Shown piece after piece: positions 30,427 to 40,297 of a DNA stretch of 64,000 nucleotides. The notes under the pieces are model-generated. The model had not been told where the DNA came from and searched no databases. It was given only the letters and a program-made list of their open reading frames with translations. The position numbers and the translations under genes were made by a program. The first letter of the stretch is position 1. Each line of letters opens with the position of its first letter. This DNA comes from an uncultured delta proteobacterium (lineage in GTDB: Bacteria > Desulfobacterota > Binatia > Binatales > Binataceae): positions 271,436 to 335,435 of the forward strand of contig CAWAMM010000011.1 in NCBI GenBank assembly GCA_963783145.1, read 5' to 3'.

Positions 30427-31113
30427 ATGGGGCGGAGCATCCATAAAACCGCGACGCGCGGCAAAGTGGTCGAGATTCAGCGCTCGCCGGACACCCGCAA
30501 TCGGGTCTTGTCGGTGGCGCAGACGCTATTTGCCGAGCACGGCTATCGCGGCACCAGTTTGCGCGATATCGCGCGCCGCATCGGCATCAAGGCGCCCTCG
30601 TTACTGCATCATTTCCCCTCCAAGGAACAACTCTACGTCGCGGTGCTGGATCGTATTTTCGAGGGGATGGAGGAATCGGCTCAGACCATGCTCTCGGGTC
30701 GCGGCGGGTATCACCAGGCTTGCCGAGCGGCGATCGTCGGCGCCATCGATTACATCGCGGCGAGTCCCGATTCGATGCGTATCATCTGGCATGAAATGAC
30801 CGAGGAGAGCGGGGTCGGACGCCAACTCCTGAAGCGTCGCGTGCCGCCGCTGTTTGCGATGGGCGTGAACTTTATTTTTCGCGGCCAGCGCGCGGGCGAG
30901 TTTCGGGAGGAAGTCGACCCGTTTCATTTTCTGCTGAGCCTCAATTCCATCACGATCGGATTCTTCACCACTGCGGCGATGGTGCGGCGGCTCTGGAACA
31001 ACAATTTACTGGAGCCGGCCGTGATCGAACGGCGCAAGCGTGAAGTTATCGATATGGTCGAGCGGACTCTGTTCGTGGCGCGCAAAGTTTCCACCGAGCC
31101 GCCGCAGGTCTAG
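30427..31113 (+). CDS. TetR-family regulator
   Basis: LFAEHGYRGTSLRDIARRIGIKAPSLLHHF. Confidence 0.93.
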   Translation: MGRSIHKTATRGKVVEIQRSPDTRNRVLSVAQTLFAEHGYRGTSLRDIARRIGIKAPSLLHHFPSKEQLYVAVLDRIFEGMEESAQTMLSGRGGYHQACRAAIVGAIDYIAASPDSMRIIWHEMTEESGVGRQLLKRRVPPLFAMGVNFIFRGQRAGEFREEVDPFHFLLSLNSITIGFFTTAAMVRRLWNNNLLEPAVIERRKREVIDMVERTLFVARKVSTEPPQV

Positions 31114-31164
31114 GCCGCTGCCGCCAACCAATTCTCGAAATCGCACAAGGAGATTCTCTCAGCG

Positions 31165-32358
31165 ATGAAACTGGGAACATTCTACGAGCATCAACTGCCC
31201 CGCCCCTGGAACGAAGGCGACGAACTCAAACTTTTTCAGAACGCGCTCGATCAGGTTGAACTGGCCGACCAACTCGGCATCGATCATATGTGGGAAGTGG
31301 AGCATCACTTCCTCGAAGAATATGCGCATTCGTCGGCGCCGGAAATTTTTCTGGCGGCGTGCAGTCAGCGCACCAAGAACATCCGCCTCGGCCACGGCAT
31401 CACGCTGCTGCCGCCCGCATATAATCATCCCGCGCGGGTGGCGGAGCGTATCGCGACGTTGGACCTGGTGAGCAACGGCCGCGTCGAGTTCGGCACCGGT
31501 GAATCCTCGGCGCAGCTAGAACTTGGAGGTTTCGGGATTCCGCGCGAGGACAAGCGCGACATGTGGCTGGAATCGCTTGGCGCGATCGCGCGCATGTTCG
31601 TGGAAAACCCGTTCCTCGGTCATGAGGGAAAATACTTCAACATGCCGGTGCGCAATGTGGTCCCCAAGCCGGTGCAGAAGCCGCATCCGCCGCTCTGGGT
31701 CGCGTGCTCGCGGCGCGAAACCATCCACCTCGCGGCCAAGCTCGGGATCGGCGCGCTCACCTTCGCGTTCATCTCGCCCGAGGAGGCCAGGCAGTGGGTC
31801 AACGACTACTACACCACGCTGGCCAACGAATGTGAGCCGATCGGATACGCAATCAACGCGAATATCGCGATCGTCACCGGCTTCATGTGCGATAAAGATG
31901 AGCAGCGCGCGCGTGCGATGGGCGAGGAAGGGCTGAACTTTTTCTCCTACGCGCTCGGCCACCATTATTTCTTCGGTCAGCATGAAGTAGGGAAAACCAA
32001 CATCTGGACGAATTTCAAGAACAACAAGTTCCAGATGCCAGGGATGGGCGGTGAGGCGGCGTGCGTCGGCACTCCGGATAAAATTCGCGCCAAGCTGCGC
32101 GAGTACGAAGACGTCGGCGTCGACCAGGTGGTGTTTATTTCGCAGGCCGGCAAGAACAAGCATGAGGACATCTGCAGCTCGCTCAACTTGTTCGGCAAAG
32201 AAGTGCTGCCGGAGTTCAAGGAGCGCGAGCAGCAGAATGCGAAGAAGAAGGCCGAGCGCCTCGCACCCGTGATCGAGAACGCGATGAAGCGCAAGCGCCA
32301 GCCGAGCGTGCCGAAGCACGAGGGCCCGACCATCGTAACCGCCGCGCCGTTGCCATAG
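31165..32358 (+). CDS. Luciferase-like (LLM) flavin-dependent monooxygenase
   Basis: WEVEHHF, RIATLDLVSNGRVEFGTG, PKPVQKPHPP. Confidence 0.92.
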   Translation: MKLGTFYEHQLPRPWNEGDELKLFQNALDQVELADQLGIDHMWEVEHHFLEEYAHSSAPEIFLAACSQRTKNIRLGHGITLLPPAYNHPARVAERIATLDLVSNGRVEFGTGESSAQLELGGFGIPREDKRDMWLESLGAIARMFVENPFLGHEGKYFNMPVRNVVPKPVQKPHPPLWVACSRRETIHLAAKLGIGALTFAFISPEEARQWVNDYYTTLANECEPIGYAINANIAIVTGFMCDKDEQRARAMGEEGLNFFSYALGHHYFFGQHEVGKTNIWTNFKNNKFQMPGMGGEAACVGTPDKIRAKLREYEDVGVDQVVFISQAGKNKHEDICSSLNLFGKEVLPEFKEREQQNAKKKAERLAPVIENAMKRKRQPSVPKHEGPTIVTAAPLP

Positions 32359-32376
32359 CATTTTCGAACTACCAGG

Positions 32377-32405
32377 GCCGGTCCCGTTATCGGGCCGGCC
32401 TTTTT
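32377..32405 (+). terminator. Intrinsic terminator
   Basis: GGCCGGTCCCG/CGGGCCGGCC stem followed by T5. Confidence 0.75.
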
Positions 32406-32456
32406 CATACTTGCTTTGCTCCACATCTGGAGTAGGTTGTCCAAATAGAGAGTGTT

Positions 32457-32888
32457 ATGCGGACCAGCGAAGCTATCGAGCCCGCCCGCCAAATCGAGAA
32501 CGGAAATCGCCAGGATCCCGAGGTTCGGCGGCGATTGTCAGGCCCTGCAATGCGAGCGTTTTTCAATCTGGCCAGGAAATGGAACCTCGGCGTCAATCAA
32601 CAGCGCGGCCTGCTCGGATGGCCGGCGCCGTCCACCTACCACAAATACAAAGCGGGTCAGGTTGGCGGCCTGTCCTTCGATACATTGACCAGAATTTCAC
32701 TGCTGCTGGGCATCTACAAAGCGTTACATATTCTCTACCCGCAGGCCGAATTGGCGGATCAGTGGATTAAGCTGCACAACGCGAATCCGATGTTCGGCGG
32801 TAAAGCGCCGCTCGAGGTGATGATCGACCGCGGCATCGACGGGCTGTTTCAGTTGCGACGTTTGTTGGACGCGCGCCGCGGCGGCTGA
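32457..32888 (+). CDS. Xre/MbcA/ParS-family antitoxin
   Basis: LSGPAMRAFF..W, RISLLLGIYKALHIL, LRRLLDARRG; upstream of RES gene. Confidence 0.88.
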   Translation: MRTSEAIEPARQIENGNRQDPEVRRRLSGPAMRAFFNLARKWNLGVNQQRGLLGWPAPSTYHKYKAGQVGGLSFDTLTRISLLLGIYKALHILYPQAELADQWIKLHNANPMFGGKAPLEVMIDRGIDGLFQLRRLLDARRGG

Positions 32889-32889
32889 C

Positions 32890-33558
32890 CTGAATCCTCC
32901 AATCCATCACTTCAAATGGCGCGGGGCTCATCGGATGATTCCGAGCCGCTATCCGTCGGTTGGAATCCTGGATGAAATCGCAACGCCCGAAGATCTCGCG
33001 GCGATTTTCGAACTCGAAGGATGGACCAACGATCGCATCAGCAACGAGCTCGGCATCCTGCACACGATTTCACCGGAGGAGTGGGTGACGGCACAGCCGA
33101 TGGCCACCGTCATCATGGGCGCGTTTTGTCATCCGCGCCCCGCGGGCGGACGCTTCAATGATCATCGTCGCGGCGCGTGGTATTGCGGCGTCGCGCTCAA
33201 GACCGCGCACGCGGAGGCGATCTTCCATCGAACCCGCGAGCTCGAAGAGATTGGCGGATGGTTCGACACCTCAGTTCAGATGGCCGACTATCGCGCCGAT
33301 TTCAACGCCGATTTCCACGACATTAGCGGGCGCGGATTTTCCGCTTATCTGGGGCCCGATGACTACCGCGCCTCCCAGAAAGTCGCGGCCTCGCTGTTGG
33401 AAGATGGCTCGAACGGAATCGTGTATCCGAGCGTACGCGATCGCGACGGAACATGTCTTGCCTGCTTCAGACCGCGATTGGTTGCGAAGGTCAAGCTCGC
33501 GGCAGCATACGAATATCGATGGTCGCGGACCTCGACCCCCACCGTCCGGAAGCTGTGA
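32890..33558 (+). CDS. RES-domain toxin (NAD+-consuming family); probable CTG start at 32890, first ATG 32935
   Basis: HRMIPSRYP, GRF, AEAIFH, GIVYPSVR (R-E-S residues). Confidence 0.88.
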   Translation: MNPPIHHFKWRGAHRMIPSRYPSVGILDEIATPEDLAAIFELEGWTNDRISNELGILHTISPEEWVTAQPMATVIMGAFCHPRPAGGRFNDHRRGAWYCGVALKTAHAEAIFHRTRELEEIGGWFDTSVQMADYRADFNADFHDISGRGFSAYLGPDDYRASQKVAASLLEDGSNGIVYPSVRDRDGTCLACFRPRLVAKVKLAAAYEYRWSRTSTPTVRKL

Positions 33559-33619
33559 GCATTGGGCCAGCTTTTTCATTAACGACTGGAGATGCCGAAT
33601 CATCTATAATTGAGCGCCG

Positions 33620-34162
33620 ATGAAGATCAGGAATTTTGTGATTTTGGGGATGGTCGCGCCGGCGATCTTGGCGGCGGCGATTGCACGCGCGGACAGCGTC
33701 ACCGATAAACTCCTCGGTGAGCCGAGCGCTAAAGCCGCGATGGTACACAGCGGCGACGTGCAAGCGATTATTAAACCGTCGGTGCGTCAGGCCGCGCCCG
33801 GACAGGACATCGCGGTGAGCGCCGACTTCACCATCGGTTCAGGTTGGCACATCTACGGAAAACCGATCTCGACCGACTATGTGCCAACGACCATCACCTT
33901 CGACAACGCACTGGTTGCGAAGCAATCGATGGATTTCCCCAAGCCTGAGATGGTCAAGTTCGAGGCGCTCGGGCAGACGCTGCCGGTCTATAAAGGAAGC
34001 GTGCATGCGGGCGGCGACGTGAAGCTGCGGCCTGACCTGAAGCCGGGCGACTATACGCTCGCAGGCAAGGTCGAGTTCCAGGAGTGCAGCGACAACATCT
34101 GCAAGATGCCGCAATCGCTGTCGTTCGAAATCCCCATCACGGTCGCGTCGTCAGCGCACTAG
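33620..34162 (+). CDS. Stand-alone DsbD N-terminal (DsbD-alpha-like) periplasmic domain
   Basis: Signal peptide; GWHIY, FPKP, VYKG, QECSDNICKMP. Confidence 0.82.
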   Translation: MKIRNFVILGMVAPAILAAAIARADSVTDKLLGEPSAKAAMVHSGDVQAIIKPSVRQAAPGQDIAVSADFTIGSGWHIYGKPISTDYVPTTITFDNALVAKQSMDFPKPEMVKFEALGQTLPVYKGSVHAGGDVKLRPDLKPGDYTLAGKVEFQECSDNICKMPQSLSFEIPITVASSAH

Positions 34163-34182
34163 GCGGAAAAATCGAACCTGGC

Positions 34183-34395
34183 CTAGTTCGAAACGTGACT
34201 AGCGTTGAGCTCGCGAGCGCGAGGGTTCTTTGGAACCAGCAGCGTGCTGAAGATCGTAGCTAATCCGATTATGAATGTTTGAACCACCATAAAAAGTAAA
34301 AGATGGTTGGCACTCATCAGATAATAGAGACAAAGATTCGGTGGAAAGGAAATCAGCAAAAAGACGAGCGAGCGCTTAATGAACAGTTTGAGCAT
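34183..34395 (-). CDS. Small two-TM membrane protein
   Basis: Two hydrophobic segments; AT-rich. Confidence 0.45.
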   Translation of the reverse strand: MLKLFIKRSLVFLLISFPPNLCLYYLMSANHLLLFMVVQTFIIGLATIFSTLLVPKNPRARELNASHVSN

Positions 34396-34471
34396 TTGTT
34401 CTTTTCGACGCCGAGTATCGCCTTTCCCTCACACCCATTAAAGCGGATTTCAAATTCCGCTGCCAGTCACG

Positions 34472-34502
34472 AAAAAAGGGACGGACCTTGCGATCCGTCC
34501 CT
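34472..34502 (-). terminator. Intrinsic terminator
   Basis: GGGACGGA/TCCGTCCC stem with A6 on plus strand. Confidence 0.75.
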
Positions 34503-34525
34503 CGCGATAACCAATAGCTGCGAAT

Positions 34526-35728
34526 CTATACCGGTAGTTTGTAGGCGTTGGCGACGTTCTCGCCGAGGATGGCGCGACGTCCCGATTCCTTCATCGGCGC
34601 GATGAGTCCGCGTAGCTCTTCCAGGTAGTTGCCCGGATGATCGGGATGCGGATAGTCACTCGCCCAAAAGAATTTATTCTCGCCCACTAGTTCCATCATC
34701 GCGGCGATGGTGCGCTCGTCGGGATCCGCCGAAATGTAGCATCGATTCTTGAAGTAATAGGACGGCTTCTCCTGCAACCGTACCGTCGCGCCCAGCGTGG
34801 TGCCGGTGAAGATCGCGTCGGCGCGATCCAGCCAGTACCCGATCCATCCCGCGCCGGATTCGAGCACGATCAGCTTCATCTTCGGGAAGCGATCGAACAC
34901 GCCGTACTGGAAGAAGGTCGCCAGCGCATGCTGACAGCCCTGCGCGGCAAACAGATCGTGATACCAGGCGGCCCAGCTGAAGTCGTCGAAGCGATGATGC
35001 ACGCTGAACGCCATCGGCTCGAAGGTCGGATGAATCGCCAGCGGCACATCGAGGTCCTGCGCGGCCGCGAACACGCGATCGTGATCGGGATGCCCATGGG
35101 GCTTGCGCGTGATGGTGAATGGCGCGACGAATGCGCCTTTGCATCCGTCTTTCACCGCGCGCTCGAACTCTTTCGCGGCGGCGTCAGGATCGCCGAGCGA
35201 CAAATGCGCAATCGGAACCAGGCGTCCGCCAGTGTCGCGGCAGAAATCCGCGATCCATCGATTGTACGCGCGGCAGTACGCCTGCGAGAGTTCCGCGTCG
35301 AAAAGTTCCGCCTCCCACAGCAGCCCGATGGTCGGGTAGAGCAGCGCCTTTGCCATGCCCTCCTTGTCGATCAGCTCGATGCGCTCCTTCGCGTTCATGG
35401 TACCGAAGGCCGCGCCCTTCATGTAGGTCTGCTCCGGCGTGGGACGCATCGTGCGCGCGTCCTCGGGGCGAAGCTTGCCGCTCATCATCGCCTCGCGCAG
35501 CTGCTTCGCCTCGTTGATGTTCTTGCCCATTCCTCCAAGAGAGCCGAGCACGCCGGGCTGCGTCATCTTGGCCCGCTTCTGATCGATTTCGAGGTATTCG
35601 TAGCCGTCTTCGCCGACCCGGATGCGCATCGCGCGCTCGCGATACTTGGGGTCGATATATTTTTCCCATAGATCCGGCGGTTCCAGGATGTGACCGTCGG
35701 CATCGATGACCAGCGCTTCAGCAGGCAT
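34526..35728 (-). CDS. Amidohydrolase_2 family protein
   Basis: IDADGH, AYNRWIAD, ESGAGW, WASDYPHPD. Confidence 0.9.
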   Translation of the reverse strand: MPAEALVIDADGHILEPPDLWEKYIDPKYRERAMRIRVGEDGYEYLEIDQKRAKMTQPGVLGSLGGMGKNINEAKQLREAMMSGKLRPEDARTMRPTPEQTYMKGAAFGTMNAKERIELIDKEGMAKALLYPTIGLLWEAELFDAELSQAYCRAYNRWIADFCRDTGGRLVPIAHLSLGDPDAAAKEFERAVKDGCKGAFVAPFTITRKPHGHPDHDRVFAAAQDLDVPLAIHPTFEPMAFSVHHRFDDFSWAAWYHDLFAAQGCQHALATFFQYGVFDRFPKMKLIVLESGAGWIGYWLDRADAIFTGTTLGATVRLQEKPSYYFKNRCYISADPDERTIAAMMELVGENKFFWASDYPHPDHPGNYLEELRGLIAPMKESGRRAILGENVANAYKLPV

Positions 35729-35760
35729 GTTTTTCTCTCCTCAAATGAGAAAATTCCAAA

Positions 35761-36684
35761 TCAGAAAATCGCGATCGGATTGACCGGCGAGCCGGTCCCG
35801 CGTTCGAGGATCAGCGGCGCCATGGTGAACATGAATTCGTAGCGCGAATGCTTCTTGGCCTTCTCCGCCAACGAATCGAAGTCGCCATTGTCGATGAGAT
35901 GGATGCCCTGCATGACCAGCGTCCCCACGTGCACCGGCAGCATCAGGCCCTCGTAGCCACTGGGCATCACGTCGCTCACCGCGTCGGAGCCGAGCACCGC
36001 GATCTTGCGTTCATGGAGCCACTTGAGGCAACTCGCATCGAGGCCGGGCAATCCTTGCGCTGGATCCCACGCGCCCTTGGCCTTGCGATTGGCGGCGCGC
36101 CCTGTCCTCACCAGCAGGACGTCGCCCTCTTCGACCTGGACCTCGTGATCCTTCTCGGCAGCGTCGAGGTCTTGCGGAAAAATCGCCTCGCCCTTTTCGA
36201 GCCAGTCGACCTTTTTGAGCTTGGGAATATCGAGCAGCACGCCGCGGCTGACGACGCCGGTGCGGGTCACATCGATCGGGCATTTGCGCGCGCCATGCGA
36301 GCCGACTTCGCTCGCAGCAAAGCCGTTGTACATCTTTTGTTCCCAGAACACGTGGCAGAGCGCGTCGATGTGGGTGGTCGCCATCCCATGGAATGAAATC
36401 GCGAAATAATCGCCCGAGTAGGGCAGCGGCGTATGATGCGCATCATGCCCCGATTGCACCATCAGATGGGTGACAGGCGTCGGATTGTCCGCCGCAGGTG
36501 TGACCGGCAGTGGCAGCGCGCAGGAGGCGGTCTCGCCGCTCTGCACCAGCTTGCTCGCACGAGCAACCTGCTTATCGGTGATATAGTTCAGCGCGCCCCG
36601 CTGATCATCCTTGCCCCATTTTCCCCAGTTGTTGCACTTTTCGAAGAGTCCTTTGATCTCGGCAGACGTGAGCCGTTGCGCCAT
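35761..36684 (-). CDS. Cyclase (kynurenine formamidase-like) family metallohydrolase
   Basis: NWGKWGKDDQRG, HG..THIDALCH, GTGSPVNP; ATG 36684 after AAGGAG. Confidence 0.88.
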   Translation of the reverse strand: MAQRLTSAEIKGLFEKCNNWGKWGKDDQRGALNYITDKQVARASKLVQSGETASCALPLPVTPAADNPTPVTHLMVQSGHDAHHTPLPYSGDYFAISFHGMATTHIDALCHVFWEQKMYNGFAASEVGSHGARKCPIDVTRTGVVSRGVLLDIPKLKKVDWLEKGEAIFPQDLDAAEKDHEVQVEEGDVLLVRTGRAANRKAKGAWDPAQGLPGLDASCLKWLHERKIAVLGSDAVSDVMPSGYEGLMLPVHVGTLVMQGIHLIDNGDFDSLAEKAKKHSRYEFMFTMAPLILERGTGSPVNPIAIF

Positions 36685-36790
36685 GGTAGTGTCTCCTTGC
36701 AGAGTCGATTTTTTCGTATAGCACGAACTGCGCAACGCGGAACAACTGAGATTTTTGAACGATCGGTATGTGTTTGGGAGAGAATCAGCC

Positions 36791-38296
36791 GTGGGCAACT
36801 TCGAGATAGAAGCGGCGCGCACCTATCACGAGATCACCAAGCATTCGTACACCAGCGTGCGCGCGGGGGCGTATGCGCTCGATTGGGACAATCGCCCAGG
36901 GCCCTACAAGATTTATCCCGAAGCGGGAACGATGGCGTTGCCCCGCGATATCGATTTGCCGACGATGCCCACGCTGGAGGCCATCGCGACGCCGGCGGAC
37001 GGGGCCAATGACCTCGACCTGACCACGCTTACGCGGATCCTCTTCTGCGCCAATGGGTTGACGCAACGGCGCAAAGTTGGTGGCGAGGACTATCACTTCC
37101 GCGCCGCAGCCTCGGCGGGCGCGCTTTACCCGATCGAAACCTACATCGCGGCGGCAAATGTCGACGGGATGGAGACCGGGCTTTATCACTTCTCGCCCGC
37201 GGACTTGAAAGTGCGAGGGCTGCGGCGCGGCGATTGGCGCGAGGTGATCGCACATGCGACAGCGCAGCGGCCCTCGATCGCGAATGCGCGCGCGATTCTG
37301 ATCATGAGCGCGATCTTCTGGCGCAGTGCATGGAAATATCACGCCCGCGCGTACCGGTACTGCTTCTGGGATACCGGGACCATCCTGGCGAATCTGCTCG
37401 CAGCGGCGGCCGCCGAGGGTATCAGCGCCGACGTCGTCACGGCCTTCGTCGATCGGGACCTCGAGACGCTGATTGGAGTGGACGGCGAGAGCGAGGGCGC
37501 CATCTGCGTCGTCGCGCTCGGCTCAAGCGGCGCGGCGATGACGAAATCGCCAGAGCTGACAGCGCTGGGAATGGAATCGATCCAGCTTTCGCGCGAGGTC
37601 GTTTACCAGCCGCTGGTCAAAATGCATCACGAGTCGCGCCTGGCTTCGTCGGAGGAAGTGGCGAAGGTGGCGAGCGCCCGCGTCGCGCTGCCCCAGGCCA
37701 CCGGCGGTGAGCAACTGCGTTTCGACGCGATTGAACCTGCCGATGCGCGCGGTCTTGGCGAAACTATACTCCGGCGCGGCTCGGCGCGAGCTTTCGCCCT
37801 CGAGGCAATCGGCGCCGATGAATTGACAACGATTCTTTCGGCGTCGAGCGGGCATCGCAACGTCGATTTTCCGCGCCTGACCGATACTTACCTCATCGTC
37901 AATGCCGTATATGACCTCGCTTGCGGGGCCTACTACTTCAATCGCGAGGCGCAGTCGTTCGAGCTGCTGAAGGCAGGCGATTTTCGCGCCTCGGCCGGCT
38001 ACCTATGCCTCGAGCAGATGCTTGGCTATGAGTGTTCGGCGCTGATTGTCTACATGGCAGACCTCGATCGCGCGCTCGAGGCGCTGGGAAATCGCGGCTA
38101 TCGCGACGCCCATCTGGAAGCCGGAATCCTCGCGGGTCGCGCTTATCTTGCGAGCTATGCGCTCGATCGAGGCGCCACTGGTCTGACCTTCTATGATGAC
38201 GACACGACCAAATTTTTCTCGCCGCACGCCGAAGGAAAGAGTCCGCTTCTGATGGTCGCGCTCGGGGTTCCGCGTTCCACATCGAAATCCGAGTAG
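36791..38296 (+). CDS. SagB/ThcOx-like protein with tandem nitroreductase domains
   Basis: YHEITKH, RAAASAGALYPIE, WKY..RAYRY..WDTG; second domain ILRRGSAR, RGYR...EAG. Confidence 0.88.
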   Translation: MGNFEIEAARTYHEITKHSYTSVRAGAYALDWDNRPGPYKIYPEAGTMALPRDIDLPTMPTLEAIATPADGANDLDLTTLTRILFCANGLTQRRKVGGEDYHFRAAASAGALYPIETYIAAANVDGMETGLYHFSPADLKVRGLRRGDWREVIAHATAQRPSIANARAILIMSAIFWRSAWKYHARAYRYCFWDTGTILANLLAAAAAEGISADVVTAFVDRDLETLIGVDGESEGAICVVALGSSGAAMTKSPELTALGMESIQLSREVVYQPLVKMHHESRLASSEEVAKVASARVALPQATGGEQLRFDAIEPADARGLGETILRRGSARAFALEAIGADELTTILSASSGHRNVDFPRLTDTYLIVNAVYDLACGAYYFNREAQSFELLKAGDFRASAGYLCLEQMLGYECSALIVYMADLDRALEALGNRGYRDAHLEAGILAGRAYLASYALDRGATGLTFYDDDTTKFFSPHAEGKSPLLMVALGVPRSTSKSE

Positions 38297-38457
38297 GCCC
38301 CTGCTGATTGTCTAATCAGCACCTCCACCCTGGTTACTAACTGGATATCCTCCAATCGGCCTAGACTTGATGCTCGACAAATAGGCGGCTGCCTAGGCAC
38401 TGCGCATTTTGCAATGTAGCGACCATTCAAAACGCAACGCAATTTGTTGCAGTTTGG

Positions 38458-38473
38458 TGGCATTCTTCTTGCG
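38458..38473 (+). promoter_or_regulatory. Sigma-54 (-24/-12) promoter
   Basis: TGGCAT-TCTTC-TTGCG with exact GG-N10-GC spacing, about 75 bp upstream of the APC permease; AT-rich region and inverted repeat GCAAC-N7-GTTGC just upstream. Confidence 0.72.
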
Positions 38474-38547
38474 CTGAAGCTCACGACCAAGCTGTCCCCG
38501 GGTGGGAAGTTCTCGTCCCGAAAATAATCGACGGCTAAGGAGGAGAG

Positions 38548-40218
38548 ATGGCTGAGCAAGAAGCGCCAAAGATGAAAGCGACGCTCGGGCTCACGGGAGT
38601 AACCGTGAACGCGATGGCGTTGATCGCGCCAGGAGCATTCCTTTGGATCACGTTCTTCACGCAAGCGAACCAGGCCTATCCATCGGCAATCGCAATGTGG
38701 GCGGGCATTTTCCTGGCCCTTTGCCTCGCGTATGCGACCGCGATTTCGTATTCGGAGCTGGCGAAATTGTATCCCGGCGCGGGTAGCTCGTATTTGTTCG
38801 CCGAGCAGGCATTTTTGAATACGACTAAGGCGTACAGATTTGCGCGCATCGCCAAATTCATAATCGGATGGTCGTCGCATCTCTATTACTGGGTTTATCC
38901 CGGGGTCATGGTCGCCACCATGGGCGTCATGATCGGATACATCGTGGGGACGCTGGCGCCGGGCGTGATGAACGCCGGGGTGCCGGGCCCGGTTTTCATG
39001 GCGTTGATCGCGATCATCTTTTCCTATGTGGTCGCATACATCGCGTTCCGCGGCGTGAATGGCTCGACCGGAGTTAACGTTGCGATTAACGGGATCCAAA
39101 TCGTCGCCCTGTTATTCTTCTCGGCACTCGCGATCGCATACCGCATTTCGCATCCGGAAGGTTCCATGGGCCTCGCGCTCGACCCCAATGGCAACACCAT
39201 TCCGGCGACTCTTCACTACGCTTTGGCGGGAGATCATCCCGCGCACGCTAGCGCGTTGTCGGTTATCTTGCCCCATGGGATGAGCAACACCATCATGCAG
39301 GCCACCGTTGCGATCCTGCTGCTGGTGGGCTTCGAATCAGTCACCGCGATGGGCGAGGAAGCGATTAATCCCAAGAAGGACATTCCGCGCGGCGTCCTGC
39401 TTTCGCTCACCATCCAGGGGCTGTTCTGCTACCTGATCGAATACTTCGCAGCAAACTACTTCCTGAGCAGCGCTTACAGCCTTGCGGAAGCAAAGGGTTC
39501 GGCGGCGCCTATCGGCGACATGATGGTCATCCTTGGGAATGCGCTGCTCGGCGGGCATGGCCAGGCCTTTATGTTGTTGGAAGCGTTCACGGTGTTCCTG
39601 GCTCTCATCGGAACCACCCTGAGCTGCATCAACACTGGCGCGCGGGTGACCTACGCGATGGGTCGTGACGAAGAAGTTCCCGAGCACTTCGGAATGCTGC
39701 ACGGCGAAAACCTGACCCCGCATCGCGCGATCTGGGTCCTCGCTACCATCTCCGCACTGATCGGCGCATATGGCGCACTGTACTATTTCGGTGGCGGCTC
39801 GGCGCCCGATGACAAGACCATCGCGACGCTGCCGCACAGCTTCTGGTACAGCATCGGGATCGGAAGCAATGCGTACCTCGCGTCGCTGCCCAACGGATTG
39901 CTGTTGGTGACGTTGCTCTCTAACTTCGGCACCTTCCTGCTCTACGGACTCACTAACATCGTTTGCATCATCGCTTTCAAGGAGCATCACGAGTTCAATG
40001 GCTTCAAACATATGATCGTGCCAGTCTTCGGAGCGTTGGCGAACTTTGCCTGCCTTGCGTTCTATATCATCGGCCCGCTGGAGGGGATCGGTAGCCCGAA
40101 AGAGCCGCTGATCGCAGTCGGGATCTCGATAATCTTCGGCGCCTACGGAGCCTTCTACTTCGTGCGCAACTCCAAGAAGAGAGGCCGGAGCACGCTGATG
40201 GTCGCGAAGCCTGCGTAG
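38548..40218 (+). CDS. APC-superfamily amino acid/amine permease
   Basis: About 12 TMs; YSELAKLYPGAGSSY, GFESVTAMGEEAINPKKDIP, ARVTYAMGRD; AAGGAGG RBS. Confidence 0.92.
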   Translation: MAEQEAPKMKATLGLTGVTVNAMALIAPGAFLWITFFTQANQAYPSAIAMWAGIFLALCLAYATAISYSELAKLYPGAGSSYLFAEQAFLNTTKAYRFARIAKFIIGWSSHLYYWVYPGVMVATMGVMIGYIVGTLAPGVMNAGVPGPVFMALIAIIFSYVVAYIAFRGVNGSTGVNVAINGIQIVALLFFSALAIAYRISHPEGSMGLALDPNGNTIPATLHYALAGDHPAHASALSVILPHGMSNTIMQATVAILLLVGFESVTAMGEEAINPKKDIPRGVLLSLTIQGLFCYLIEYFAANYFLSSAYSLAEAKGSAAPIGDMMVILGNALLGGHGQAFMLLEAFTVFLALIGTTLSCINTGARVTYAMGRDEEVPEHFGMLHGENLTPHRAIWVLATISALIGAYGALYYFGGGSAPDDKTIATLPHSFWYSIGIGSNAYLASLPNGLLLVTLLSNFGTFLLYGLTNIVCIIAFKEHHEFNGFKHMIVPVFGALANFACLAFYIIGPLEGIGSPKEPLIAVGISIIFGAYGAFYFVRNSKKRGRSTLMVAKPA

Positions 40219-40297
40219 TCGCAAATCAACTCGGTAATCCCGGGGGCGGTCCGCCAATAAGCGGCATCGCCCCCGAGGCATTTGCACGGAAAGTGGG

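Noticed and set aside
36791-38296. RiPP (azole peptide) cluster
   Set aside because: No YcaO, precursor peptide or exporter in the window
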